Source: Minisyncoccota bacterium
GTDB lineage: Bacteria > Patescibacteriota > Minisyncoccia > UBA6257 > UBA9933
Assembly (NCBI GenBank): GCA_041653755.1
Contig: JBAZEU010000001.1
Location: 1,398 to 65,397 of the forward strand
Direction: 5' to 3'
DNA length: 64,000 nt
This document shows positions 8,291 to 16,194 of this stretch, piece after piece; the stretch's first letter is position 1; each line of letters opens with the position of its first letter. Below the pieces are notes generated by a model. It did not search any database. It saw only the letters and a program-made list of their open reading frames with translations, and had not been told where the DNA came from. A program made the translations under genes and the position numbers.

Positions 8291-8779
8291 ATGTCTCAAA
8301 ACTGGCAATATTTATTTAAAATTGCATACACCAAAGCACAAGAAAGCACTAATCCGTCTACCCAGAACGGAGCTATCCTGATTGACGATAATGGGAACAT
8401 TGTTCTTTCTGCAATCAATAGTTTCCCTGATGGAGTAATAGAAACACAAGAACGGCGAAAGAAACTCTTACGTTATAAATTCAGTGTACACGCAGAACGA
8501 AACGTACTTTACCAAGCCGCACTTCTTGGAATAAAGACAAAAGGGCTTACTATGGTATGTCCGTGGGCGGCATGCAGTGATTGCGCCCAGGCCATAATTC
8601 AAACAGGCATCAGAAGATTGGTAACTCATAAACAAGCTCTTGATAGATCTGATACATGGCAAGAGGACATAGAGCTTGCTTTTATAATGCTTCGCGAAGC
8701 CGGAGTTGAAATTATTATTTTCGACGGAAAGATAGGAGTAGGTAAAATTTTGCGAAGTGGAGAAGTTTGGGAACCATAA
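8291..8779 (+). CDS. dCMP/cytidine deaminase family protein (ComEB-like).
   Basis: Zinc-binding motifs are present: HAE (VHAERN) and PCxxC-like CPWAACSDC. Confidence 0.65.
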   Translation: MSQNWQYLFKIAYTKAQESTNPSTQNGAILIDDNGNIVLSAINSFPDGVIETQERRKKLLRYKFSVHAERNVLYQAALLGIKTKGLTMVCPWAACSDCAQAIIQTGIRRLVTHKQALDRSDTWQEDIELAFIMLREAGVEIIIFDGKIGVGKILRSGEVWEP

Positions 8780-8847
8780 AAGACGGTAATATTAAGAAAT
8801 AATTAGACCCGAACAGATCTAACATCGCAGTCAGCGGAGTTTTCAAG

Positions 8848-9036
8848 GGTAAGTAGTGTAAATATGTCTTCCCGCACATTTTCTCCTATCTTAATTTTTA
8901 TTTCACAAACAGCGAAAATGGATCATAAGAAAAGGTTGGAAAAATATTTTTACGGTTCGTGGAAGTTTTTACTCTTTATTATATTTATCGATGTTCTTCA
9001 GGTAAAAAGTTCTAACATCGTCCACGAGCCTGCACC
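8848..9036. repeat. Dispersed repeat family, full copy A (~190 bp).
   Basis: About 85% identical to 15352-15540. The core gtcttcccgcacattttctcctatctt...cacaaacagcgaaaatg also occurs at 12838-12900 and 13131-13185. Confidence 0.7.
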
Positions 9037-9266
9037 AACGATGACTTTTTAACTCTAATTCACAATTCAGCTAGTAAATACAACAAAATTTTAGGTTCTA
9101 ATCTTTTATCAAATTATAGCAAAAAGGTAAGCACCCCAGAGAGGACTGGAACCATTCCCAAAAAGTTCGAATCCTAGGCACACCGCCAAACGCAGGGAAG
9201 CGTGTTCTTTGAAAAGTCTAAAAAATGTTTAGTTTAAAGACTGAAAGAATGTTAAGATAAAAATAT

Positions 9267-9569
9267 ATGATTTCAGGGATTACAGACAACAAGGCAATTC
9301 ATGAATTGCGAGATGAGCTTAGAGATTTAAATAAAAATCTAAAAAAGGCGAACAAAGAGAATAAAAGGTTAACCATACTCGTAATTATTATTGCTCTAGT
9401 TCAGTTTACGACTTCCTTATTCCAATTTCTGGTAGGCATAATATCTCTATCTCCTAGCGAAATTTGGTTGGGAATAATCCTAGAGGTACTTTTATTCTTG
9501 TTTATTTATAAAATAATCAAGGAATCGAGTTTATTTTTGAAGGAAGATAAGCAAAAAAGGAAAAATTAA
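9267..9569 (+). CDS. Hypothetical small membrane protein with an N-terminal charged coiled segment and two TM helices.
   Basis: ORF only. The hydrophobic stretches are LTILVIIIALVQF and IWLGIILEVLLFLFIY. Confidence 0.35.
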   Translation: MISGITDNKAIHELRDELRDLNKNLKKANKENKRLTILVIIIALVQFTTSLFQFLVGIISLSPSEIWLGIILEVLLFLFIYKIIKESSLFLKEDKQKRKN

Positions 9570-9673
9570 AGAAATTTCTTTGATTTTGAAAATCAAAAAT
9601 TATTGTCGGTGAGTTTGGCTGGTGATGATATCATAAATGATACATTGATATTTCCGCACTAAATTGTTATTCT

Positions 9674-10309
9674 GTGAATGATTACGTTTTGCCGTTAGGC
9701 GATAACTTTTTCCCTATGTCTTATATTGACGAAATTATTAAAAATATACCAAATGGCCTTTACTACCTAGCGGTAGGTTGGGTTGTTTGGCAAGTAGCAA
9801 GGTTTTATTTTATAAGATTCCGAGATTTAGAGAAAAAATCGGATGATATATCTGGTATTAGTAAAAAAATCGACGATAAGCTTGAACCTACTCTTATAAA
9901 AATAAACTCAACCCTTGATAGAATAAGTCGATACATCATTACGAAAGATTCTCTCGATCCAGCTTTTTTCAGCACTAATAGTCCGGTTGAGTTGAATGCT
10001 TTAGCGAATGAACTTTTGGAGAAAAGTGGTGGTACGGCGTTTGTAGATAACACTCTTGATTTTCTAGTTTCGAAGATTGAAGAACGAAATCCAAAAAGTA
10101 TATTGGATATTCAACAATTAGCAGTATCTGTGATTTTCGACCTTGTGGATACCGAAGCATTTAGCAAAATCAAAGACTTTGTTTACCAAAATCCAAAGTA
10201 TAAAAGTCAAGACGTGGACATACCCGTGATCATCAATATTATCGCTTTACACCTAAGGAACAAATATTTCGAGAAACACCCCGAACTCGAAAGTTCTAAC
10301 CAACAATAA
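9674..10309 (+). CDS. Hypothetical protein with an N-terminal TM helix.
   Basis: ORF with coding-like composition. No recognisable motif. Confidence 0.4.
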   Translation: MNDYVLPLGDNFFPMSYIDEIIKNIPNGLYYLAVGWVVWQVARFYFIRFRDLEKKSDDISGISKKIDDKLEPTLIKINSTLDRISRYIITKDSLDPAFFSTNSPVELNALANELLEKSGGTAFVDNTLDFLVSKIEERNPKSILDIQQLAVSVIFDLVDTEAFSKIKDFVYQNPKYKSQDVDIPVIINIIALHLRNKYFEKHPELESSNQQ

Positions 10310-10314
10310 ATTTT

Positions 10315-10740
10315 ATGTCTTACTTCGTTCGACCAACAACAAATCAGGGCATTCACGATAAAGCCGTTAAAGATATTGCACGGAAGCGGTTTGACGGCGT
10401 GAAATATGATGTTTATACAAACCCCGGCGGTGAGAAAAATGCTTATGTTGGATCGAAAACAAATCCGATCCATCCAGATATTCTTGTTTTAGAAAAGGGC
10501 TATGGACTTAGAACCGCGATTGCTATAGGAGAAATCGAAACATCAGATTCTATTACTGATAACGAAGCAGATCAGTGGAAAGAGTATGCGGCAACAAAAA
10601 TACCTTTTTATTTGTATATCCCCGCCGGGAATGCTAGCAAGGCAACGGATATTCTAAAGAAAAAAGGGATAAAAATTTCTGGCTTAAGAACATACAAATA
10701 TGATTCGTTAGGAGAATTAATTGTTTCTAATATCTTTTAA
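10315..10740 (+). CDS. Hypothetical protein.
   Basis: ORF starting 5 nt after the upstream stop, consistent with an operon. No confident motif. Confidence 0.4.
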   Translation: MSYFVRPTTNQGIHDKAVKDIARKRFDGVKYDVYTNPGGEKNAYVGSKTNPIHPDILVLEKGYGLRTAIAIGEIETSDSITDNEADQWKEYAATKIPFYLYIPAGNASKATDILKKKGIKISGLRTYKYDSLGELIVSNIF

Positions 10741-10847
10741 TATCGCCGCCAAAAAATTCGTCAGCCAGCGGAGTTCTCGAAGATAAGGGGCGTAGACTTA
10801 TAAGTTCTACCCCTTTATTTTAATAATCATTAATTTGTATAACTAAA

Positions 10848-11015
10848 ATGTTAAGCACTGAAAAAGTAAAAGAATTGCTAAAAGACCAAGCTATATCTGA
10901 TGAGGAAGCCGAAGAGATTAGGAATGGTTTCCGCGACCTGATCGAGATTATCTTTGAGAAGTGGATGGTTGATACAGGAAGAAGGAAGAGGCCAGATCAG
11001 AATTCGCTTACCTAA
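10848..11015 (+). CDS. Small 55-aa hypothetical protein, absent from the ORF track.
   Basis: ATG 10848 to TAA 11013-11015, followed by a hairpin plus T-run at about 11038-11067. Confidence 0.25.
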   Translation: MLSTEKVKELLKDQAISDEEAEEIRNGFRDLIEIIFEKWMVDTGRRKRPDQNSLT

Positions 11016-11100
11016 AAAACGTATTTTCCCCTCCCTGAACCAGTCTTGACGAAAGGCTGGTTTTTTGTTATCGTCCAACCAGATTTTTGATAATTAAAAC

Positions 11101-11170
11101 TTCTTTTATAGGGTAAATTTGTCCCTGAGAAATTCCTCTCGGGACCAGATAAAACCCTATGAAAGGGAAA
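11101..11170 (+). promoter_or_regulatory. Conserved structured 5' leader RNA motif, copy 1, upstream of pyrF.
   Basis: TTCTTTTATAGGGTAAATTTGTCC, then a hairpin, then CCAGATAAAACCCTATGAAAGGGA. The same motif with compensatory hairpin changes occurs at 14791-14860. Confidence 0.5.
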
Positions 11171-11179
11171 GGAGGGGTT

Positions 11180-11920
11180 ATGGAAGCAAAAGATAGGATT
11201 ATTGTTGCATTGGATGTGGACAGTCTGGAAAAGGCGAAGCCACTCGTAAAAAGTCTTGCTCCGCACGTCGGATGTTTCAAGGCTGGTTTAGAGCTGCTTA
11301 TGGCCGCTGGCGCTCCGAAGATTGTCGAGTTCATTCATTCGCTCGGTGGCGATGTCTTTCTCGACGGCAAGTTCAATGATATCCCAAATACGGTCGGCAA
11401 TTCAGCCAAAGTAGTCGCTGGGTTAGGAGTCGAGGCGTTTAATGTTCATGCCTCGGCTGGCATTGAAGCAATGATGGCCGCTGTCGCCAACAAAGGGGAA
11501 TCGATAGTTCTTGCCGTGACGGTACTCACTTCGTTAGAGGAAAACAATGTTTATTTAATCTTCGGCGCACCGAGCAAAGCTAAGGTTTTGCAATTGGCGC
11601 GTGATGCGAAGATCGCCGGCTGTGACGGTATTATCTGTTCGCCACAAGAGTTAGAATTTCTCGGGAAACAAAAAGGCATCGAGGGTTTGATGAAAGTCAC
11701 CCCGGGCGTTCGTCCAGAATGGGCCGCGGTAGGAGATCAAAAGAGAGTTATGACACCGGCAGAAGCTATTAAGGCCGGAGCAAACTACTTAGTTATTGGT
11801 CGACCAATAACTAAACCACCCGCGGAAATTGGCACGCCTATTGACGCAGCCAAGGCGATTGCAAAAGAAATTCAGGACGCGTTCGTTGATATGGAAATGA
11901 AGCAACAGTTTAAAGGTTAA
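11180..11920 (+). CDS. pyrF: Orotidine 5'-phosphate decarboxylase.
   Basis: Motifs IIVALDV and DGKFNDIPNTV match the OMPdecase D-x-K-x-x-DIPNT signature. An AAGGAGG RBS lies 6-8 nt before ATG 11180, so the track start at 11159 is probably too early. Confidence 0.8.
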   Translation: MEAKDRIIVALDVDSLEKAKPLVKSLAPHVGCFKAGLELLMAAGAPKIVEFIHSLGGDVFLDGKFNDIPNTVGNSAKVVAGLGVEAFNVHASAGIEAMMAAVANKGESIVLAVTVLTSLEENNVYLIFGAPSKAKVLQLARDAKIAGCDGIICSPQELEFLGKQKGIEGLMKVTPGVRPEWAAVGDQKRVMTPAEAIKAGANYLVIGRPITKPPAEIGTPIDAAKAIAKEIQDAFVDMEMKQQFKG

Positions 11921-11956
11921 CGAAAAGAAACAAAACTATGAAAGGAGGTGAAAGAC

Positions 11957-12745
11957 ATGAAAGGACCAGCAAAAAGAGCAAGCGAGTTAGTTTCAATCGC
12001 CAGGTTCGATCATTTGCTAACACTAAAGAGATGTGGCGGATATTATGAATGCCCCATTAGCCCAGAAGGCAAACTTTTGGGTCCTCTGGTTGGTTATGCG
12101 GGTAAGTACGAGGCGCCTGACAAAACCAAAAAACAGTGGGTTGGTATGATATATGCCAATTTTGCCAAAGCAGAAGAATATCCACACGTTTTGTATTGGT
12201 TCGCTCAGCAGATGATTAAGCCAAAGAAAATAGGAGCGGCAATTCTCGGCTTAACTGATGTTTTCTGCGGTGCTCCATTGGGCGGTTACGACTTTGCCAA
12301 GATGCTTGGTTTGGTTCTAGATCGTCGAGCAATCAAGGCTGAGAAAAAAGTAACTGCATTTGCGACAGCCGACATGCGCGAACAATCCACCATGACATTT
12401 GCTCGCCACGAAATAAAACCGGGAGACAGAGTCACAATAGTGGAGGACGTGTGTAATAACTTTTCAACAACCGATCAGCTTATCCAGTTGATCGAACAGG
12501 CGGGCGGTTCAGTAACGGCTATTACTTGTTTACTAAATCGTTCTTTGACCGTTGATTCAATCTACACCCCTCCACGTAAAATAGTGTCCTTGCCGGTCAT
12601 AAGTCTCGTCCGTTTACCGATCGCTGAGTTTAAACAAGAAGATTCTGCGGTCGCTGACGACATTGTCCGAGGCAACGTAGTTTTAAAGCCAAAGGATGAA
12701 TGGGGACGATTGATGGCAGCGATGGATAAGGAAGAAAAGCAATAA
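11957..12745 (+). CDS. Type I phosphoribosyltransferase, probably orotate PRTase (pyrE-like) given its position after pyrF.
   Basis: The PRPP-binding motif is VTIVEDVCNNFSTTDQ. RBS AAGGAGG at 11942-11948. At 265 aa it is longer than canonical PyrE. Confidence 0.5.
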   Translation: MKGPAKRASELVSIARFDHLLTLKRCGGYYECPISPEGKLLGPLVGYAGKYEAPDKTKKQWVGMIYANFAKAEEYPHVLYWFAQQMIKPKKIGAAILGLTDVFCGAPLGGYDFAKMLGLVLDRRAIKAEKKVTAFATADMREQSTMTFARHEIKPGDRVTIVEDVCNNFSTTDQLIQLIEQAGGSVTAITCLLNRSLTVDSIYTPPRKIVSLPVISLVRLPIAEFKQEDSAVADDIVRGNVVLKPKDEWGRLMAAMDKEEKQ

Positions 12746-12760
12746 AAAAACAAAGGGTTT

Positions 12761-12797
12761 AAGCGGCACCCGTCGAAAGACAAAGCCGCTTTTTCAT
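12761..12797 (+). terminator. Terminator after the pyrE-like gene.
   Basis: Stem aagcggc...gccgctt followed by ttttcatttc. Confidence 0.4.
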
Positions 12798-12837
12798 TTC
12801 AAGATTTTTTATATTTTTAATATGTTTCATAGTAGTA

Positions 12838-12900
12838 ATTTATCTTTCCGCGCATTTTCTCCCATCTTGATTTCCTTTTCATAAACAACGAAAATGAATA
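12838..12900. repeat. Partial copy C of the dispersed repeat core.
   Basis: tatctttccgcgcattttctcccatcttgatttccttttcataaacaacgaaaatg is about 80% identical to the copy A/B cores. Confidence 0.55.
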
Positions 12901-13069
12901 TATAAATATTAAAAAGGTTCCGATTCTTCCACAGATGTACCAGATAGAATATCTTTTAACTTCTGCCATCTCTTTAGTTCTTGTATTAGTCGGTTCCAGT
13001 TGAATCTTAAGAAGTGCACAAGTAGGTTAAAATAGCGTGTGGAAGCATATTTACCAGTCTTGACTACAA

Positions 13070-13098
13070 AAAACCGCTTAAAAAGCGGTTTTTTTATT
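13070..13098. terminator. Bidirectional hairpin terminator.
   Basis: aaaaccgctt aaaa agcggttttttt. Confidence 0.5.
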
Positions 13099-13130
13099 GT
13101 TTTTCTCCCCAAAAAGAACCTTTCGAGTAG

Positions 13131-13185
13131 GTAAAACTTGTCTTTAAAGACACATTCTCCTGTCTTGATTTTCCCTAAGGATTAA
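13131..13185. repeat. Partial copy D of the dispersed repeat core.
   Basis: gtaaaacttgtctttaaagacacattctcctgtcttgattttccc aligns to the start of copy B. Confidence 0.45.
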
Positions 13186-13238
13186 TATTGATCATTCCAA
13201 AATCGTCAAAAAGGCGGTTTTGCTGGTATAATATCAAT

Positions 13239-14666
13239 ATGGTTTCTTCTACAAAAGAAAAAATTAGTGCTTATCTTGAAGTATCCCCAAAACAATTAGA
13301 GAAACTTGGGGTTTTTGATGCCATAATAGGCATTGATAGCAATCTTTTTATAGATCCCCACCTCCTCAACAAAATTAAAGTTTTAGAGTTCAAAGAATCA
13401 CGGAAAAAACTTGAAAAATATTTTTCTGAAATAATTACGCTTTTACAATCATCGCAACAGAAAGGTGACAGAGCTTGGCGTGAAGCTCAACGCAGACTTA
13501 TTTTTCATGAGACTCGTGGAGTTTCAATTGGCTACGGAGTTAAAAGTAGCGATGGACGAGCTATTGGTATTGGTTTAGGCAGTAAACTCATAGAAACTGC
13601 TGACGAAATTATAAAAATGGGGATAAAAGACCCAGCTATTTTTGAATTAATAGGATTGTTTGAAGAAAAATTTGGTGCCGATAGGCTAAGCGACATGACC
13701 ATTTCAATCCTTAGTGAAAGTTTTTTGGAGTATACAGAAAGAGTTACAAAAACATTGGCAATAAAGAAAGCTGCTATTTTTCAAACGCCAAGTCGAAAAT
13801 ACCTTCTGCCTATACACCCAAGCGGTAACGAACCGATTATTTTCCTCCCAACTTCTCTGTTAAGAGATTTGCCTGTGGCATTTACTTGGGACGATATAAA
13901 TTACGTTGTTTCAGTGAACCAAGAACTGCGGCAAAGATTGAATACTTTAATTGGCAGGGTTTGGTCAAGAAGAATGAAGTTATTGAAAAGAGATTTGCGA
14001 AGCCTTATTTTCAGTAATCCAGATAACATCAAAATGCTTGTTGAGGCATACAAGAAAAATACGGCTGGAGCCTATGATATAAAAAATGACCCAAGTGGAT
14101 ATTTGGTTTGGTATGAAATTGGAAAACATTTTGCGGAGACAAATAGACTCAAGATAGATAATAGATTACCGAAAACGTTGGCTGAAGTGGAGAAGGTAGT
14201 TGAGGCGATAATAGAGCAGTTTAAGAAAAATATCGAAGTTAATGGTTTAAACGAACACCTTTATGTAAACGGAAAAGTGCGACCAGAACGTTTTAGCCAA
14301 AGACTTTTTTTCAGTGTTGCTGACACATATTGCGCTGCTAATAACGTTGATTTGAGTCGTGAACCAAATGCTGGAAGCGGACCAGTAGATTTCAAAGCAA
14401 GTGGAGGATACACGGCTAGAACCCTTGTAGAAATTAAGCTTTCTTCAAATAAAAGCCTTATAAGTGGATATATGAAACAAATAGAAGCTTACAAAAAGAG
14501 TGAAAGCACAGAAAGTTGTTTTTATGTAGTTATCAAAGTGACAAGATCAGAAAGCAATATAAAACGTCTTCTCGGAATAAGAGATGCTCTACTCTCACAG
14601 AAAAAAGATTGTCCAGAAATTATTGTTATTGACGGGACAATGCAACCTTCAGCGAGTAGAAGATAG
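13239..14666 (+). CDS. Large hypothetical protein with a C-terminal PD-(D/E)xK-like motif. The start could be the upstream codon at 13188.
   Basis: The C-terminus GPVDFKASGGYTARTLVEIKLS has D-x15-E-I-K spacing typical of restriction-endonuclease-fold nucleases. The N-terminal 380 aa have no recognised motif. Confidence 0.45.
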   Translation: MVSSTKEKISAYLEVSPKQLEKLGVFDAIIGIDSNLFIDPHLLNKIKVLEFKESRKKLEKYFSEIITLLQSSQQKGDRAWREAQRRLIFHETRGVSIGYGVKSSDGRAIGIGLGSKLIETADEIIKMGIKDPAIFELIGLFEEKFGADRLSDMTISILSESFLEYTERVTKTLAIKKAAIFQTPSRKYLLPIHPSGNEPIIFLPTSLLRDLPVAFTWDDINYVVSVNQELRQRLNTLIGRVWSRRMKLLKRDLRSLIFSNPDNIKMLVEAYKKNTAGAYDIKNDPSGYLVWYEIGKHFAETNRLKIDNRLPKTLAEVEKVVEAIIEQFKKNIEVNGLNEHLYVNGKVRPERFSQRLFFSVADTYCAANNVDLSREPNAGSGPVDFKASGGYTARTLVEIKLSSNKSLISGYMKQIEAYKKSESTESCFYVVIKVTRSESNIKRLLGIRDALLSQKKDCPEIIVIDGTMQPSASRR

Positions 14667-14790
14667 TGCTCTTCATAACCCTATTTCCCAACGAGCATAA
14701 ATAAAGTACTTTTTAGTATAAATCATCATTCATTGACAAACCTAGCGATTTTTGTTATTGTTCGCTTAGTATTTTAATAATCTACAGTCT

Positions 14791-14860
14791 TTCTTTTATA
14801 GGGTAAATTTGTCCTTGAGTTGAGATTTCCTCAACCTCGAGGCCAGATAAAACCTTATAA
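14791..14860 (+). promoter_or_regulatory. Conserved structured 5' leader RNA motif, copy 2.
   Basis: The flanks are identical to copy 1. The internal hairpin ccttgagttgag/ctcaacctcgagg is longer but preserved by covarying positions. Confidence 0.5.
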
Positions 14861-14872
14861 AGGGAGGAAGAA

Positions 14873-15271
14873 ATGAATGGATGGTTTATTTTTTGGGCTG
14901 TTGTTGTTACGTTTTTCGCTTTGTGCATGAGCTTTCTTCTCGGTTTTAATCTGCGGCCTGAAAAGCAGAATGTTGATTTGGCAAAGATTTTAGCTATGCT
15001 CATGGTTGTCGGAGCTTTAGCGCTTCCATTGCTTTGGAGGTATGTCAACGCCGGAGATCTGCTCGAGGCAGGAGCTTTAAAAGCCAATGCGGTGTACGAA
15101 CTTCGCGGCCAAGTTGATACGGGGAGAGGAACAACTGCTGCTATTTTGGTAGATATGGCAGGGCATATTAAAGCCTGTAAGCTTAAAAGTCCTATCCTTG
15201 CCCCGCCTAAGTTTCTCAGGACTCACGTCTTACCAAACGGAGCAATGGAGCTCCAGCCAATTAGCCCTTGA
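14873..15271 (+). CDS. Small hypothetical membrane protein (2-3 TM helices).
   Basis: GGAGG RBS. Hydrophobic N-terminal half. It sits directly downstream of leader motif copy 2. Confidence 0.4.
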   Translation: MNGWFIFWAVVVTFFALCMSFLLGFNLRPEKQNVDLAKILAMLMVVGALALPLLWRYVNAGDLLEAGALKANAVYELRGQVDTGRGTTAAILVDMAGHIKACKLKSPILAPPKFLRTHVLPNGAMELQPISP

Positions 15272-15351
15272 AAACCATCTTTTCATCATTGTATCGAAGA
15301 CCCCACCACAGCAATTGTGATGGGATCTTTATTTTTCAGACTATATTTATA

Positions 15352-15540
15352 GTAAGGAGTGTAAACTTATCTTCCCGCACAAATTTTCCCATCTTGCTTT
15401 CTTTCTCACAAACAGCGAAAATGAATCATAAGAAAAGGCTGGAGAAATATTTTTAAAGGCTTCGTGGAAGTTTCTATTCTTTATCATACTTATCGATGTT
15501 TTTCAGATAAAAAGTTCTAACGTCGTCCACGAGCCTGCAC
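15352..15540. repeat. Dispersed repeat family, full copy B.
   Basis: About 85% identical to 8848-9036. It ends 1 nt before the ATG of the MBL hydrolase gene. Confidence 0.7.
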
Positions 15541-15541
15541 T

Positions 15542-16192
15542 ATGACTAAAATTACAAAATATATTCATTCAGCGGTTCTAATAGAACATAAAAATAAAAG
15601 GATTTTGATTGACCCGGGGTGCTATTGCTATAGCGAAAATTTTTCCGCAAACGATTGGGGCAAGGTTGATATTTTATTGATTACTCATTCGCACAAAGAC
15701 CATTTCGTGATAGAGGCAGTAGGAACAATAAGACAAAATAATCCTAATCTTGTTATATTCTCTACCAAGGCAATAGAAGAGGTCTTATCTAAAGAAAATA
15801 TTGATTGTGAGGTTTTGAACCCTGACGAGGAAAAATTAGTGGATGGCATTAAAATAAAAGGCGTAAAGCAAGCCCACGGAGATTTACCATCAGGTGATCC
15901 AAGACCGGATGTGATTGGTTTTTTAATTGATGATAAGTTTTATCATCCAGGCGATACAATCTACATGGAAGAAAAGCCAAAGACAGAAGTTCTATTTGTT
16001 CCGTTTAATGGGATTGTTACGATGGATATAAAAGAAGCTGCAAAGTTTTCTAAGGAAATAAATCCTAAAATAATAATTCCAATTCATTATAATAGTCCAA
16101 AGTTTCCGGTTGATGTAAACGACTTCGTAAAAGAAATGGAGGGTTACAATGTTAAGGTTCTCAAAAATGGAGAGAGTATTGAGATAGAATAA
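15542..16192 (+). CDS. MBL-fold metallo-hydrolase.
   Basis: The HxHxDH motif is LLITHSHKDHF. Confidence 0.75.
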   Translation: MTKITKYIHSAVLIEHKNKRILIDPGCYCYSENFSANDWGKVDILLITHSHKDHFVIEAVGTIRQNNPNLVIFSTKAIEEVLSKENIDCEVLNPDEEKLVDGIKIKGVKQAHGDLPSGDPRPDVIGFLIDDKFYHPGDTIYMEEKPKTEVLFVPFNGIVTMDIKEAAKFSKEINPKIIIPIHYNSPKFPVDVNDFVKEMEGYNVKVLKNGESIEIE

Positions 16193-16194
16193 GC

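Noticed and set aside
8864-9052. Track ORFs 8864-9052 (62 aa) and 15268-15456 (62 aa) as protein-coding genes.
   Set aside because: Both lie inside copies of the dispersed repeat. The shared reading frame M(D/N)HKKRLEKYF continues for 62 codons in one copy but hits a stop after 11 codons in the other, so protein length is not under selection. They are treated as repeat or RNA sequence.
9053-9266. Possible RNA gene in the 214-nt gap because of a GTTCGAATCC T-loop-like string and a ...CACACCGCCA end.
   Set aside because: No flanking T-stem, acceptor stem or other tRNA/tmRNA features could be paired. It is probably chance similarity.
11159-11182. ORF-track start of pyrF at 11159 and of the PRTase at 11948 (GTG).
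   Set aside because: In each case a strong AAGGAGG RBS lies inside the proposed N-terminal extension and is correctly spaced to a downstream ATG (11180 and 11957). Those ATGs were adopted.
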